Positions 14,431 to 28,378 of a stretch of 64,000 nt of DNA are shown here, one piece after another. Positions within the stretch are counted from its first letter, which is position 1. Each line of letters opens with the position of its first letter. The position numbers and the translations under genes were made by a program. This DNA comes from the human T2T-CHM13v2.0 reference genome, Homo sapiens: assembly GCF_009914755.1 (NCBI RefSeq), contig NC_060937.1; one strand, 5' to 3'. A model generated the notes under the pieces. The model ran no database searches, had not been told where the DNA came from, and saw only the letters and a list, made by a program, of their open reading frames with translations.

Positions 14431-14659
14431 AATTGTTCTATAACTACAGGTGTAGTGATTGACTTTGTACCCACCATGACAGGGAATAAGTTCAAAACTT
14501 GAAACACTGTTTATTTTATAATTAGGTAGACGCAAATGACAGAGTCAAGGCAGAGTGGGGAGCCAGTTAATGTTACTCCCATATGGGTTCTCTCCTCCAA
14601 TACAGGATTGGGGTAGCAGTGTCAGCTCCTACTGGTTATAACGATCTTAATGATAAAGT

Positions 14660-15000
14660 TAACTAACCATAACTGAATACTCATAATGTGCTAGCATTTT
14701 TCATAATGTATCTCAAATAATACTCACAAAACCTTCCAAATAAATATTACCTTTTTGTTGTCTTTGTTTTATTTTGTTTCATTTTGTTTGAGACAGTTTC
14801 ACTCTGCTGCCCAGGCTTTAGTGCAGTGATGCAATCATGGTTCACTGCATTGTCCACCTCCTGGGCTTAAGCAATCCTCCCACCTCGCCTCCCAAGAAGC
14901 TGAGACGGCAGGCATGCCCTACCACTCCCAGCTCCAGATAAATATTCGTATTCCATTTACTAATGCAGAAAATGTGTGGCCCAGAGAAGTAATGTCAAGT
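14660..15000 (-). mobile_element. MIR interrupted by an Alu monomer
   Basis: aatactcacaaaacc... continues after the insert as attccattt...gaaaatgtgtggcccagagaag. Confidence 0.55.
14751..14933 (-). mobile_element. Free right Alu monomer (FRAM or AluJ right arm) with TSD
   Basis: Single monomer with J-type ctcctgggcttaagcaatcctcc; TSD ccaaataaatatt (14736-14748) / ccagataaatatt (14934-14946). Confidence 0.85.
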
Positions 15001-15036
15001 TTGTTGGGGTTTTAAGTTTTAAAAAATTATTTTATC

Positions 15037-15244
15037 AAACCCTAATGTAAACTATGGATTCTGGGTGATGGTGACGTGTCAGTTTAGGTTCACCTATTAT
15101 AAAAAATGCATCATTCTGGTGCAGGATGTTGACAGTGGGGGAAGCTGTGTGTGTGTTGGGAGTAGGGAGTCTATGGGAACTCTTCTACTTTCCACTCAAT
15201 TTTGCTGTGAACCTAAAACTACTCTAAAAAATGAAGTTTATTAA
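15037..15244 (+). mobile_element. L1MC1-like 3' end
   Basis: aaaccctaatgtaaactatgga...ttttgctgtgaacctaaaactactctaaaaaat. Confidence 0.8.
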
Positions 15245-15366
15245 TCAAGAAAATCATCTTGTATGAATATATGGGACAGCTATTCATGTATGTGGTAAAA
15301 ATGAGAGATTTGTTAAAGTATGTGGCAGGAGTGTGTCTAATACGATTGATATTCATGTGTCACTTA

Positions 15367-15929
<563 letters not shown>

Positions 15930-16529
15930 TTATTTGATGCTGTCTCTGAGGGATTGGAGGAGAGGAATATAAACAGCCTATCCCTTGAGAAAGAATAGGG
16001 GAGGACTTCCTTACCTGATATCTCAGATCATGAAGCTACAGTTCTGTCCCTGCTGCAGGGGAAAAAAAAAATAACAGACTTTTTGCAAAAATCCATTTTT
16101 GAAAATATTCCTATATTCCAGATTTATAATGAAGCATTTTTGTACATATTAAAAAGGGTAATTAGAACATTTTTCTCTGGTTTATAGTAACTAGGATGGC
16201 AACACAAATATATGTTGGAAGTATTTCTTGGTATGATTCTTCAACATTAAATTGTTTTAAAAACTTAGAAGTCTCCAGGTACTCAGGAATAAGGTCATTT
16301 TAAATTATTCCTTATTGGCGATAAGAAAAATAATTAAGCAAGACCACAAAACTAAATGTTTACACTGTCTCTCCTGTTTCCTGATTTTCAGGTTATTTTT
16401 TATCCCAATTTTATTTTGCTGTATAGTCATATATTTCATTTTTGAAATAAAGTATGTAATCACTTCTTAAGAACCAAGGCTATGCCTTCTCTTTTGATAC
16501 GGATGTTTATCTTTCAAAATACGTGTTAT

Positions 16530-16834
<305 letters not shown>

Positions 16835-17029
16835 TTATATTTAGAATATACTGAATTAATTTCATGGGATGAATAAATGAATCAGTTCATCTGCCAGTCA
16901 ATAAGTGTAAAACCAAAGTTTTTCTAGAACATCAGGGTCTTTGATGATTTTCAGAGAAGAGAAAACACTATTCCATTAGATATAGAGGGCATTGAAGGCA
17001 GGGTAAGCTTAAATTATTTCCAAGTTCAA

Positions 17030-18450
17030 ATAAATAAATCAAAATAGATGTATTTAGCGTCTACAATGTGGTAAGTACTCTAGTCATGATGGAAGGTGAT
17101 GGAAAGCAGGTTGAATTCTTACCTTTGAGAAATTTATTACTAATCAGAAAGATATGACACGTTCAAGAAAGTGGATTAAGTGCAAGTAAACGATGCAGAG
17201 TTAAAATTATCACAGAAATATGTGCGGGATGGAAAAAGAGGTATTTGAGTTTGAATTTGAAAATTAAGTAGATAAAATAAGAAAATGAAAGGGTGTATTC
17301 TATGTGAAGGAAAAACAGCAGTTGGAAGTGAGAAGAATGTAAAAGAAGCATAAGCAAAATTCTAGACATAAAGTCATACAATTTCTGGAAGAACAGATTG
17401 ATGGTTCTGCAGTAGAAGCTGGGTAGCGGGGAGCTGTGTTTAGATACAATTTACAAGCAAAACAAAATAATACATAATATGGAACCTTGACTTCTGGGCC
17501 AAATTTGAACTTTTTTCTTGGCGTCATTTCTAAAAGCATGTCAGTGGATGTTCAGTGAGGGAAGAGGGGTAATTTTCTTAGGTACATTTAGAAATTGTGA
17601 GACAAATCTCATATAGACAAGATTGCCTCCTGCAAAATTTCTCATGAGGGTTTAGTTCTAGGAAATTAAGAAGCGGCCATGGTATGCATTTCTCAAACAT
17701 TTTTCCACATTTTATCACTCTTTCTGTGACCCATCTTTTTGGATTGATAACTCTCCTCTAGACACATGTCATGTTGGGAACCAGTGGTTTTGACAGTAAA
17801 GAATCACAGAGAGCAGTAAGGCTGAAAAATGACACGGTGAAAGTACTGATTTTAAGAAAATAATATGGTGGTAGTGGGTAGGAGAGACTAATGGCCCCTG
17901 TAATGAGGGAGCTGGGAAGATAAACTGTAATGACACACGAATAGTGGAGATGAGCAGTTTTATTTTAAGACAGAAAGTGGTAGAGTTCATCTCACTTCCA
18001 GTTGCTGCTTAGAGGTGAACTACAGAGAAAAACAAGGGCTACAGATAAGGACTTGAGTGTAATTTGTATACAAGTCAGAGCTCAATCTGTTAGGATGAAT
18101 TCCAAGAAAGAGACTAAGAAGTAGGGGATTTATATTATTAATTGAAACACTTCCATGTGGATGTTGGAGGAGGCAAGAGAGAGGAAGTGAGGAGAAAGAT
18201 AAGCAAACTTTTAAGAAGAAATCAGGATAGTGTAGTTAAAGAAAATTTGAATAAAGATCTTATTGTGAAAAGCCCATTGTTTTTGTTGATTACAAATTTA
18301 CTGGAAATTTCTGCAAATCAAGTTTTATTACAATATGAGAGTGAAAGTGTACATTGTGGATGTATGATAATTGAAAAGCGAGAAAATGAAAATGATCAGG
18401 CAGAGCCTCCATGCAAAGGAAAGGGAGATATTGACCCTACAAGAGGGCTA
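17030..18450 (-). mobile_element. Degenerate L2 fragments
   Basis: Purine-rich L2-like motifs (tatttagcgtctacaatgtgg; ttgagtttgaatttgaaaa; tggagatgagcagttttattttaagaca). Confidence 0.45.
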
Positions 18451-18748
18451 GGGTAGTACTGGGGACTGAGAATCACGAATCGGGTGGGATCCTGGATATA
18501 TCTGAATCACGCAATTATATTTCTTGCTCAGAGACTTGGAAATATAGTGAGAGGGGTTATTAAGAGGTAAATAAACTGAAAAGGTTTTTCTGAGAGCTTG
18601 TTTCCAAGGGTACCATCTTCTCAGGAAGGTGGTATCTTACAGAAATGATGACCTCTCATTCTGAGAAACATGCTAGAGAATCAAAAGCTTTCAAACACAA
18701 TTGCCAAGCAGTAAATGTGGCCCATTTGAGGGTTAGAGAGTGTATTCA

Positions 18749-19554
18749 TGTATTCATTTTCTCTTCCTGCATAGCAAATTACTACACATGTAGCAGCTCA
18801 AGACAACATCCATTTACTGCTCACTATTCCACAGATGAGAAGTCTGGGTGGGCTCACTGCTCAGGGTCTCACAAGGCTGAAAGCAGGTTGTCAGCCTAGC
18901 TTGACTCAGTTTGGGAGCTGAGGGGGAGAATCTGCTCCCAAGCTCGTCTAGGTTGTTGAGAGAACTCAGTTGTAGGAATGAAGACTTCAATTCCTTGCTG
19001 GCTACAAGGCAGGTCACTCTCAGCTCCAAGAGGCCACTAGTGGTACAGTTCCTTGCCATAGGACCTTTGATAGGCCCTATCACATCATCCAAGCTCACAC
19101 CCTCAAGGGCAGCAGCATGGGCCCCTGCATGCAAGCTCCTCACCCTCACATCTCATGCTTGGAATGTCTAACTTCTGGTGATAGTCAGAGGAAACTTTGG
19201 GGGACAGTGGGAGGGATAGCATTAGGAGAAATACCTAATATAAATGACAAGTTGATGGGTGCAGCAAACGAACATGGTACATGTATAGCTATGTATCAAA
19301 CCTGCACGTTGTGCACATGTACCCTAGAACTTAAAGTATAATTTTTAAAAAAGGGAAAAAAATCATGTGGTTGCATTATTCCAAGCAGATCATCTCCCTT
19401 TTTGTAAATTCAAAATCAACTGATTAATGGCATCAGTTACATTGCAAAATTCCTTTTGTCATGTAAGTTGGTAGGCACGACTGACATCATATTCACAGCC
19501 CCAGGGGTTAAGGTGGAAAATCTTGGTGTCCATTTTGCTGTTCTCCTTAGCACG
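18749..19554 (-). mobile_element. MLT1E-like MaLR LTR interrupted by an L1 fragment
   Basis: gcaaattactacac...ctcagggtctcacaaggctgaa...gggagaatctgctcccaagctc...aaaatcaactgatt. Confidence 0.8.
19198..19352 (+). mobile_element. L1PA (L1PA6-like) extreme 3' end, ~155 bp
   Basis: gggagggatagcattaggagaaatacctaat...gtaccctagaacttaaagtataat. Confidence 0.9.
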
Positions 19555-20152
19555 AATAGTTAAAATATAGTTTTGTGTAGTTTTATTTCTTAAAAATTTG
19601 AGTTCATGTGCCTCAGACATTTCCTAGAATGTCACTGAAGTGATGGAGGAAAAAAATGGAGAAAACAGAATAAATGTTTTTTAAGTCCTCCATTATATTT
19701 AACAATAATTACAAATAAATGAATAATTCTGACAATATATCCAATCACTTTCAACCAAAATCAATTTCTTAAAATAGTAAGTTTGGTTTTAAAAATCAAT
19801 TATCTTTCTGTTTGTGTTTTTGAGTTCATTTACCTGGCTGGATCCTCATAACATATACACTGTTGGTGGTGTTAATGAGAGTCCATCTGTGTTCTTGCCA
19901 CGATCCCAGTAAAATATTGGAATAATTCTTAGGGAAGTAAAGGGAAAATAAAGTTGATACGGGAAAATGTTGGAAAAGAATGTCGAGGTCAAAAGAAAGC
20001 AGCATATCACCAGAGAGTTAGGCTTTTGTTGTACTTGTCTGATAATACTTTGAAAAATTATAAATCATATAATTGCATTTTTAACTAATTCTTTCAATTA
20101 ATGTGTTCTGGATATTTAAACAATATTGTACTAGAATATATAATAGAATAGA

Positions 20153-20400
20153 TAATAATCAAAATGTATTAATGTTTAATGTGCTGGCATATTAAATATT
20201 TGCAAAGTGCTTTGCATATGTTTTTCTCACAATATGAGCAATGGTCCAGGTGTATTATTGTCCCTATTATAGATTTGAGGAAACTGATTTATTCAGTAAC
20301 TTACTCAATACCCCATGTCTCGTGGTTGGTATATGTCAGAATCCAAGATTCACATCGAAGTATGTTGGACCTCAGAATCCAAGCCCTTTATGATTATACT
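20153..20400 (-). mobile_element. MIR (near full length)
   Basis: aagtgctttgcatat...tattattgtccctattatagatttgaggaaactga...cagaatccaagccctt. Confidence 0.7.
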
Positions 20401-21975
20401 AAATAGATAACAAATGGGATATTTCACAATAACAAATGATAACTGGTGTTACTTTATTTACCATTCATCATTATTTATCATTTATATAATGGTATAAAAT
20501 AATACCATTTATCCTTTCCTTTTTAGATTTGACTTTTTATGTGTTTATTTCCTATCTGTGTTTCTTCATTGCTGTACTATCCCTTCCCTTTACAGGGAGT
20601 AGTGTACACATCAGTATATTAAACACAGTAGAAAAGTTTGTCTAACTTAATATTTGCTGAGTTCACTTGATCTTGAAAGAAGACTTCTTTTTAATTTAAT
20701 GCCACCTATTGACTTTGTTTGCAAAATGCTGATAAAAATAAGAATTTAAAAATTACTGTCAAATTGTTTTAGTATTTTTGTTAGAAAACTAATGTTTCAG
20801 AATTGGTAACCTAAAATTTGTACTGTTTAATTTTAAAAGTTTGTGAATTTCACAATCCAGTTACTTAATCTAAGTGTTTGTAACATGATAAACATATTTA
20901 TGTTAGATATCCTGAGGCTATTTGACTCTCTGTTCTTCAGTATAAAATGCTGTCTTTGAGTTGTGTGTTTAATTATTGTCTGCTAATTGATAATATTATT
21001 TGGAAAGTCACAGAAGTAACAACCCTAAGTCTTTCATAAAGTGCTGTGAAAATTTAAATGACCACTAAGTGGTCAGCAGTTGTACATTTTTTTCATAATA
21101 TACTAGTACCCTCTAGTGCTCACACTTGGCCATGTGCTCTCCAAAACCACCTTAGAGGGGTAAATGTAACATACTGCATTGGACTATCTTAATCAGGCTT
21201 AGTTTTAAGTGAAATATTCTATTTATAACATCACCTTTCTGAAAAGACATTCAGAAATTTCCAATGTTGTTCAAAAGTATTACTGGAACTCCTGTGCTGT
21301 AGGGGAAAATGTCTATTCCATCTGTTTTGCTCATTAAAATAAATGAAATACTTGAGAATCAAGAACTGAGAAGTCATTAAATTTCTTAAATGATTTGTAG
21401 AAATGGATGTAGGACCTAAGTCTTTTGTCCCAAGGTTCAGTATGTGCCATATGCATTGGACTGTGTATTTGATCCAAGAAAGTTTAAATGAAACTATAAA
21501 TGTATATGTCTAAAATTCTGGATTTCTTTAGACAGAATCATTTTCTGGAAGAGTCGTACTTCTTCAGAAATACGGAGTGTGGGTTTACAAAACAGCACAA
21601 AATTATCAGCCAATATACTACAGAGGGAGTACTAGAATTTGATTTACCATATTTAAACATTATTTGTTCAGAAACAAAGGATCCTCTAGACAAACTGCCA
21701 TAAGCAAAGAAGGTGTAATTTCATTTGCTTCCCAAAGAATCATCCAAACCATTGCCACAGAACTAATACATAGAGTGTAGCTCTTTATAGGTGTAAGACT
21801 TTGCCCGCTATTTATTACTATTTCAGTTGTTTCATTTTTCTTAAAGACTTGACTTGGTGTCTACACCAAAAGAGTGGATCCACATAACAAAATAATTCTA
21901 AATAAGTTTTCTGAATAGAATTCTTATGTTATTCAAATTTGCTATTAGTAAAGGCCTTTCTTTATGTACAATTAG

Positions 21976-22135
21976 TTGTTACAGGGTAGATCACCCAAAC
22001 CTGACAAGTGGGAACTTCTTCAGCTGGGCAGTGGTGGAGGCATGGTTGAACAAGTCAGTGGGGACTGTGATGATGAAGATGGTTGCGGGGGATCAGGAAG
22101 TGGAGAAGTCAAGAGGACACTGAAGATCACAGACT
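21976..22135 (+). CDS. GPC5: Glypican-5 internal coding exon (exon 7, 160 nt; phase 0 start, ends 1 nt into the next codon)
   Basis: Translates LLQGRSPKPDKWELLQLGSGGGMVEQVSGDCDDEDGCGGSGSGEVKRTLKITD, matching the GPC5 C-terminal region as I recall it, with the glypican acidic/Ser-Gly GAG-attachment cluster; flanked by attAG acceptor (21974-21975) and consensus donor GTAAGT (22136-22141). Confidence 0.96.
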
Positions 22136-22180
22136 GTAAGTGTATGATTCTAACACCACTTTTTTAAAACAATGATTTTG

Positions 22181-22560
22181 AAATATAATTAAAGATATTG
22201 TTATGGATGTAAAGAAATAATGACAATTCAAAAACAAGCAAGAGGAATTGGAAATGGAAATGAATCTATTTTTGGTTTTTTAGGACATACATTCTTGGTG
22301 GTTTTGTTTATTTTTAACTAATGACTTCTAATGAAATGATAGTTTTCTGTGAAAAAAAACTAGTAAACAATCACCAGTTCTGAGAAGGTTTGAAAGTGGA
22401 ATAACTCTTAAGGCATAATGGATACTAATTGTATATTGATACATAACGTGAAACCAGGATGGGTAAGTACTACGTAATAATCAAATTGTGCAATTAAAAA
22501 ATTACATCATTATATAAGAAAGTTTTTACTTTATTGCACTTCTATCATAGTCAAATTGCA
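22181..22560 (+). repeat. Copy A of an old local duplication
   Basis: Aligns by eye to 23429-23649 plus 24092-24286. Confidence 0.9.
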
Positions 22561-23428
22561 TAGAAATTGGTATATGGTTATTGATCATGAAAACTACTTG
22601 GATTTAATGCTTATGAATTTCCCCTTCCAAAAAAAAAAACTCACTAAACATTGATTTTGATTGTATGGATTTGAAACCATTTCAGAACTCATCGCTACCA
22701 CAAAGGATAGAATTTTCAAATAACAACAAAAAATTACCAAATAGATTTCCCTTCCTGATTATCACATACAAGATAAGGAATATAGGTTCTCCACACTCCA
22801 TTGTTATCTGCATGCATTTGTTCATATGGGCAAAACAACAAAAGTGACCAACTGAGAAATAATGTAAATGTTGATGTACCTAGAATAGCTGGTTTCAACT
22901 ATTCATGTAATCTTGATTATACCAAAGGCAGGGGTCACCTTCTGGAAAGGTGCAGTCATATGTAGAGGTTGGTCTGATAGCTTCCCTCAAAACCACACAG
23001 AGCTGCTTTGCACCTATTAGACATGCCTTTTGGTGGGAGAAGAATTCATTTACTTTATAATTCTCTCATTGTGAATTAAAAGCACGATAAATGCTTCCAA
23101 AATCAATTCCTCATTCCTTCTAAGATCTGGTTTTACAAGCCAAATATATTGGTTTAAAAAATGGAAGCCAAAAGAGGTGCAAAATTAAAAAGGCAGTTAA
23201 CATAATGAAATGTTTTCTCATTAGACACAGTAATACATTTTATTTAACATGGAAAATAAATAGATGAGAATTGGTGCACTTGAGCAGCCTTTGAACAAAA
23301 GGCCACAAAATTCTTAGTGCGAGTTAAATATATTCTATTCTTACAGAATGCGATAAAGATGTGTTCTTATGAGTATTAATATAGCTTATCAGATTGGTTT
23401 CTCCTTTTTTTCTTTCTTTGGTTAAGTC

Positions 23429-24286
23429 AAATATAATTAAAGATATTATTATGGATGTAAGAAAATAAAGACAATGTATTTGGGAATTAGCAAGAGAATT
23501 TGGAAATGAAAATGACTGTTTCATTTATTTAGGGCATGTATTCTTAGTGGTTTTGTTTATTTTTGACTAATAACTTTTGATGAAAATTATAGTTTTCTGT
23601 GAAAAAAATACTAGTGAATTATCACCAGTTCTGAGAATGATAAAGGTTTTATTTTATTATTTTTTAATTTCCTTAGGTTTTGGGGAAAACAGGTAATGTT
23701 TGGTTACATGAGTAAGTTCTTTAGTGGTGATTTGTGAGATTTGGGTACATCCATCATCTGAGCAGTATACATTGTACTCAATTTGTAGTCTTTTTTCTGT
23801 CACCCTCCTCCCACTGTTTCCCCCAATCCCCCAAAGTCCATTGTATCATTCTTATGCCTTTGCATCCTCATAGCTTAGGTCCCACTATGAATGAGAAAAT
23901 ACAATGTTTGGTTTCCTGTTCCTGAGTTACTTCACTTGGAATAACGGTCTCCAATTTCATCTAGGTTGCTGTGAATACCATTAGTTCATTCCCTTTATGG
24001 CTGAATAGTATTCCATGATATATATATATACCACAGTTTCTTTATCCACTCATTGATTGATGGGCATTTGGGCTGATTCCATATCTTTTCATGAGAATTA
24101 TAAAGGTTTGAAAGTGGAATAACTCTTAGGGCATAATGGATATAAATTGTATATTGATAAATGACGTGACGTGAAGCCAGGATGAGTAAGTACTACTAAG
24201 TCATGAAATTGTGTCATTAAAAAGATACTATGTCATTATATAAGAAAGTTTTTACTTTATTACATTTTTATCATGGTCAAATAGCA
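23429..24286 (+). repeat. Copy B of the local duplication, split by an L1PB insertion
   Basis: Shared blocks aaatataattaaagatatt, atagttttctgtgaaaaaaa, atcaccagttctgagaa, aaggtttgaaagtggaataactctta, tataagaaagtttttactttatt. Confidence 0.9.
23650..24091 (-). mobile_element. L1PB (L1PB1-like) 3' fragment with 18-bp TSD
   Basis: ttggttacatgagtaagttctttagtggtgatttgtgagattt...cccaaagtccattgtatcattcttatgcctttgcatcc; TSD tgagaatgataaaggttt (23632-23649) / tgagaattataaaggttt (24092-24109). Confidence 0.9.
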
Positions 24287-27200
24287 AATTATAATTTATG
24301 TGAGGTGAAAGAAAATGAAAAAGGGTTTTCACTAGAAACAATTTTTTTTTTACTAAAAGCTAAAATATCTTCCACTGTATTTAGGAATTATAACACTTAT
24401 CCATCAGGGCAGTATTTAATAATCTTTCATTTTCATCCTATCTGGAGTATTTATTTGTACTATAATTGCATGGCCATCTAAATATTAGTATTTTAGAACA
24501 TAAAGTTATTACAAAGTAAAGCATTTTTTTGTGTGTGAGTGTGTGTGCATATGTGTGTATAAATAGTATATTTATAGGAAGTTTTTTACTTCATGAAGTT
24601 ATTTACAAGTTCAAGAACTTGTTATATATTAGTACGTCACTCTTTTTTGTTTGTTTCACAAAGGAGGTAGAGGCAGTGAAGCATATTCAACTACTAATAG
24701 TTTTCTTCACAAAACTATACTTGACAAGTTGACAAAAATTTTTACTTCAAAACCTGGGTTTCAATTACTGCTGAAATGGACAGGCATGGTACAAGCAGCT
24801 ACCCATCAGAATTTGGGCGATTTAAGAGAGATGATTTTTCAGCAACTCCAGGCAAGCATTTTCTGAAAATCCACATCTGCTCTAAGTGGGTTGCCTCTTA
24901 TGTTTCTACGAGTTTATAGCTGTTGCCTTTCAATTTTTAATAAGTGGTTAGAAAACCACTGCGGGATAGCATGCTGAAGTAAAGAGGGACGAGGAAAGGA
25001 GCGAAGTGTAGGTCACATTTCTATTTTTATAAAGCACTCTAGTATTTTGCCCGTTTTGGCCCAGTTTGAATATATTGGTAAAGCAAGTTAAGGCATAGTT
25101 TTAGATGGTCTTAACGACTTCAAAATATTGTGATCTAAAAAGTTTAACAAGGTGTCATCTGTGTTAAGAACTTGAAATGCACCACTATTTCTTCATTACG
25201 CTTTCATTTATTCTTTGGAAAATATGACATAAATAGCACACAGTTCATTTGTTACCATAAAAAGTCTGACTAAATTTAAAGTTATATATGTGTATATATC
25301 TACATATAACTATATATAGTTGTGAGTATTAATACTAATATTGTATCTTTGAAATTTCATGATTCTGCCCTATTTATGCAAATGAAAAAAGTTGGTAAAT
25401 ATTTTGCTAATTATTACTTGAACTGATTTTCTGTGTCTGTTTTTGTTCATGTTTATATCAGATGACAGAGGGGTCTCTATATTTCAATATGCAAAGTTTT
25501 ACCACCAAAATATTTGCGTACCTTTTAGGTGTCATTTTGTCTTCATCACCAATGTTATCAACTTATTTAACCATCTTACTGCTTTCTAAATAATTTCTAT
25601 TTGTAATCCCACCTATACATTATAATTAAATGTTAACTAATGTTTCTCAAAGAAAGAAGCCATCTATACTATGTAATTTTCACTCTTAAGTAACTGATTT
25701 CAGTAGAATGGCTTAAAAATCCCATTAGGAAAATTTGTCCACATTTTTATTATATGTATTTGGTTCATTTACATAGATATAGATAGTTCACTAGTAACCT
25801 GGGGTTGCAGGATTGGAATGGCTTTGAACTTAAAAGTCGCCTCACCCCTTGCCTGACACCTGCCATTCTTTCACAGTAGCTAACTGATGAAGGTTCTAAA
25901 CACAACTGGAAAAAATAATTCTCTTCTTTTGGCCATGCAGAACGAATCTAATATTAAAATCTATACTTCTTGAAATATCTGACTATACTTCTTAGGTCTC
26001 TAAATCTGGATAGCTTCAAATGTTGAAAAGCAGAACTACTAAAAACAACTTGTAGCAAAATTATTCTACATATAATTTTGAAAATTTGTGGTGGCATTGT
26101 TTACAATTCTTATGTGATCTTATGATTTAAATCACAATAATTACTTATAAAAAGTAAGTAATACATAATCCATGATCAAATTCATTTTGGCAAGCTGGTT
26201 CACAGTGGTAATCGAGGGAAAATGCATCTGATCACAACTAGAACCAGATACCAGACACTTTTAAAAAGTAAGGTGGTTTTCAATCTTTGGATTTATTTTG
26301 CTGGGCTTCTCCTCATCATTCCACATTCTAAATATTTGAGGATTCCAGAATTCAGTTCTCAAACCTTTTATCATGTCTATTGACAACTAGCCCTTTTCCC
26401 ACAGACTCCTTACTGAATCGTAATTATGAAAATAATAAGGTTCCCTGCCTCTGATAGCACTATCCAGTTCATAAAGCATTTCCCAGTGTAATACCTTAGG
26501 AGGTAGGAGGTAGGCTTATTGGAACAGAAAGTATCTGACTTAAATATGATTAATTTAGAAATAGTAGGATAATACATTGCAATATTAAATTGCTAGATCT
26601 AGAATTTTTGGTTGATTAGAGTAAAATAAATAGAACTATTGTTTGTGTTGTGTTTTGGTTTTCTCACATGGTAACTTTGTATCTGCCTCTAACAAATGTA
26701 TCCATGTCAGCGTACTAAGAATGACCTAGGAAAGAGAATAGTATATTCTGTGCACAGAGCAAAATGAAAATTACACTTTACTAGCCGCTGAAGAATAAGG
26801 GAAGGTGATTTATTTAGTAATGCAAGATTGTAGAGTGAGCAAAAGTTCTTGGCTTCCTCATATTTATTTTCACCATAAATCACCTTCACTTCAAAAGTCT
26901 CAGGTAGGTGTGGAAGTTAAGGAGACCTTAAAAAGATGTTACTTTCTTTCCAGAACTAGGAAAACTATGTATTTATTCATATTGCAGATACTATTTTATA
27001 AAATGTTATGTAGTCTCATTGATTTTTTTCCTATCAATATGAGTTCAAACACATATGCCTATAAGATTTGAATGCCATTATACTATATGATTATACTTTA
27101 AAATATGTTTATTGATTATGCATATTCTTTCTAAAATTAAAGTTTCACCAAATTTAATCAAAATAAAATATATTCAGCTTACTTTGTAAACTGTTGAAAA

Positions 27201-28378
27201 ATAACCCATTAATATTTTTTCAAATATAAGAAAAATTTACTGAAAATAACTATTTTTTCAATAAGGCTTATCATTTATCCATTCATACTAAAAATAATCT
27301 TTGGAAGGTTCATTAGATTAAAACCTTTGCAAGACATTGAAAGTAATCTTGAGTAATGATTGCACACTTTGATCTACACTTTACAAGTACCTAATTCTAA
27401 AGGTCAGATAAAACCCTGCATGATAAAACCATAGAAAAATTCACAAATAAACACTTCCAAATCCAGTTTAATGTTCAAAATTGTAAATACTTTGAAATTA
27501 CCATCTAGTGCAGTTTTGGTAGTACTGATGAAAATTATACTAAAGAGAAATGAAATATATGTCTAAGATAAACATAGTTTAATATGTGATCACTATGAAT
27601 ATTTTTCTGATTATACATTTCCATTTTGGTTTCTAAATAATTGATACTCATCCTGACTGCCTGCTATTTTGTTAACAATATTGTATAATGGAATGTAGAT
27701 ACCTAATGAATCATATAAAATCATCTTTCATTCTTTTGAAAAGTTATGTATTAATATATTTAAATAGTAGAATTGAAGTAAAAGGTTTGTCCTTGAATGC
27801 CTAAGTGATTATTTTCATTGCATTGGCTTAGACTGATGTTAAATCACTGAGGTGAAGAGGGATGACTTATTAATTAAGGCTTAGAGGAGCCCTCCTAGCT
27901 TGCATTTCAGATCACTCAGCTGTTCTGTAATATGTCATAACTAAATCTATCCCACGCCAGAGAACATAAAATGAGAAGTTGTGGTCTTTTTTGAACAACA
28001 CAATGCTAAGTGTAACTATATGATCAATAGAGGAAGTAAAAAAAAAAAAAAATTCAAGCAAATATTATCAGGTAAATTTTCTCATGACTTAGCCAAAGTC
28101 ATATAGCTATCAACAAAACCAGAAACAAACCCATTCTTATCTAGGTCTATTTTTGATGTCATTTTGTTGTGAATAAACAGAGTGGCTATTGAAATGGCGA
28201 TATTCTGTCTCGGGATTGATAAAGTGCATCTGGTAGAAAGAAATTAGGTATATCTTCGGGTCTTTAATGACTTCAGTCCCTCTAACTGTGTGGAAGTAGT
28301 CATTTTCTTATTATTGAACAGAAAATTGAGAGCTTACTAAGTAGAAATAATTTTTAAAAAGAGTATTTGAGCTGATCC

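Noticed and set aside
18645-19341. Overlapping ORFs up to 111 aa
   Set aside because: Within an MLT1E-like LTR and an L1 3' UTR; no protein-family similarity.
21926-22167. ORFs 21926-22123 and 21976-22167 as standalone genes
   Set aside because: The first is an alternative frame over the GPC5 exon; the second is the exon itself plus intron read-through, starting at an internal TTG.
25280-25345. Palindromes aactatatatagtt and agtattaatact
   Set aside because: Low-complexity AT sequence where such palindromes are expected by chance.
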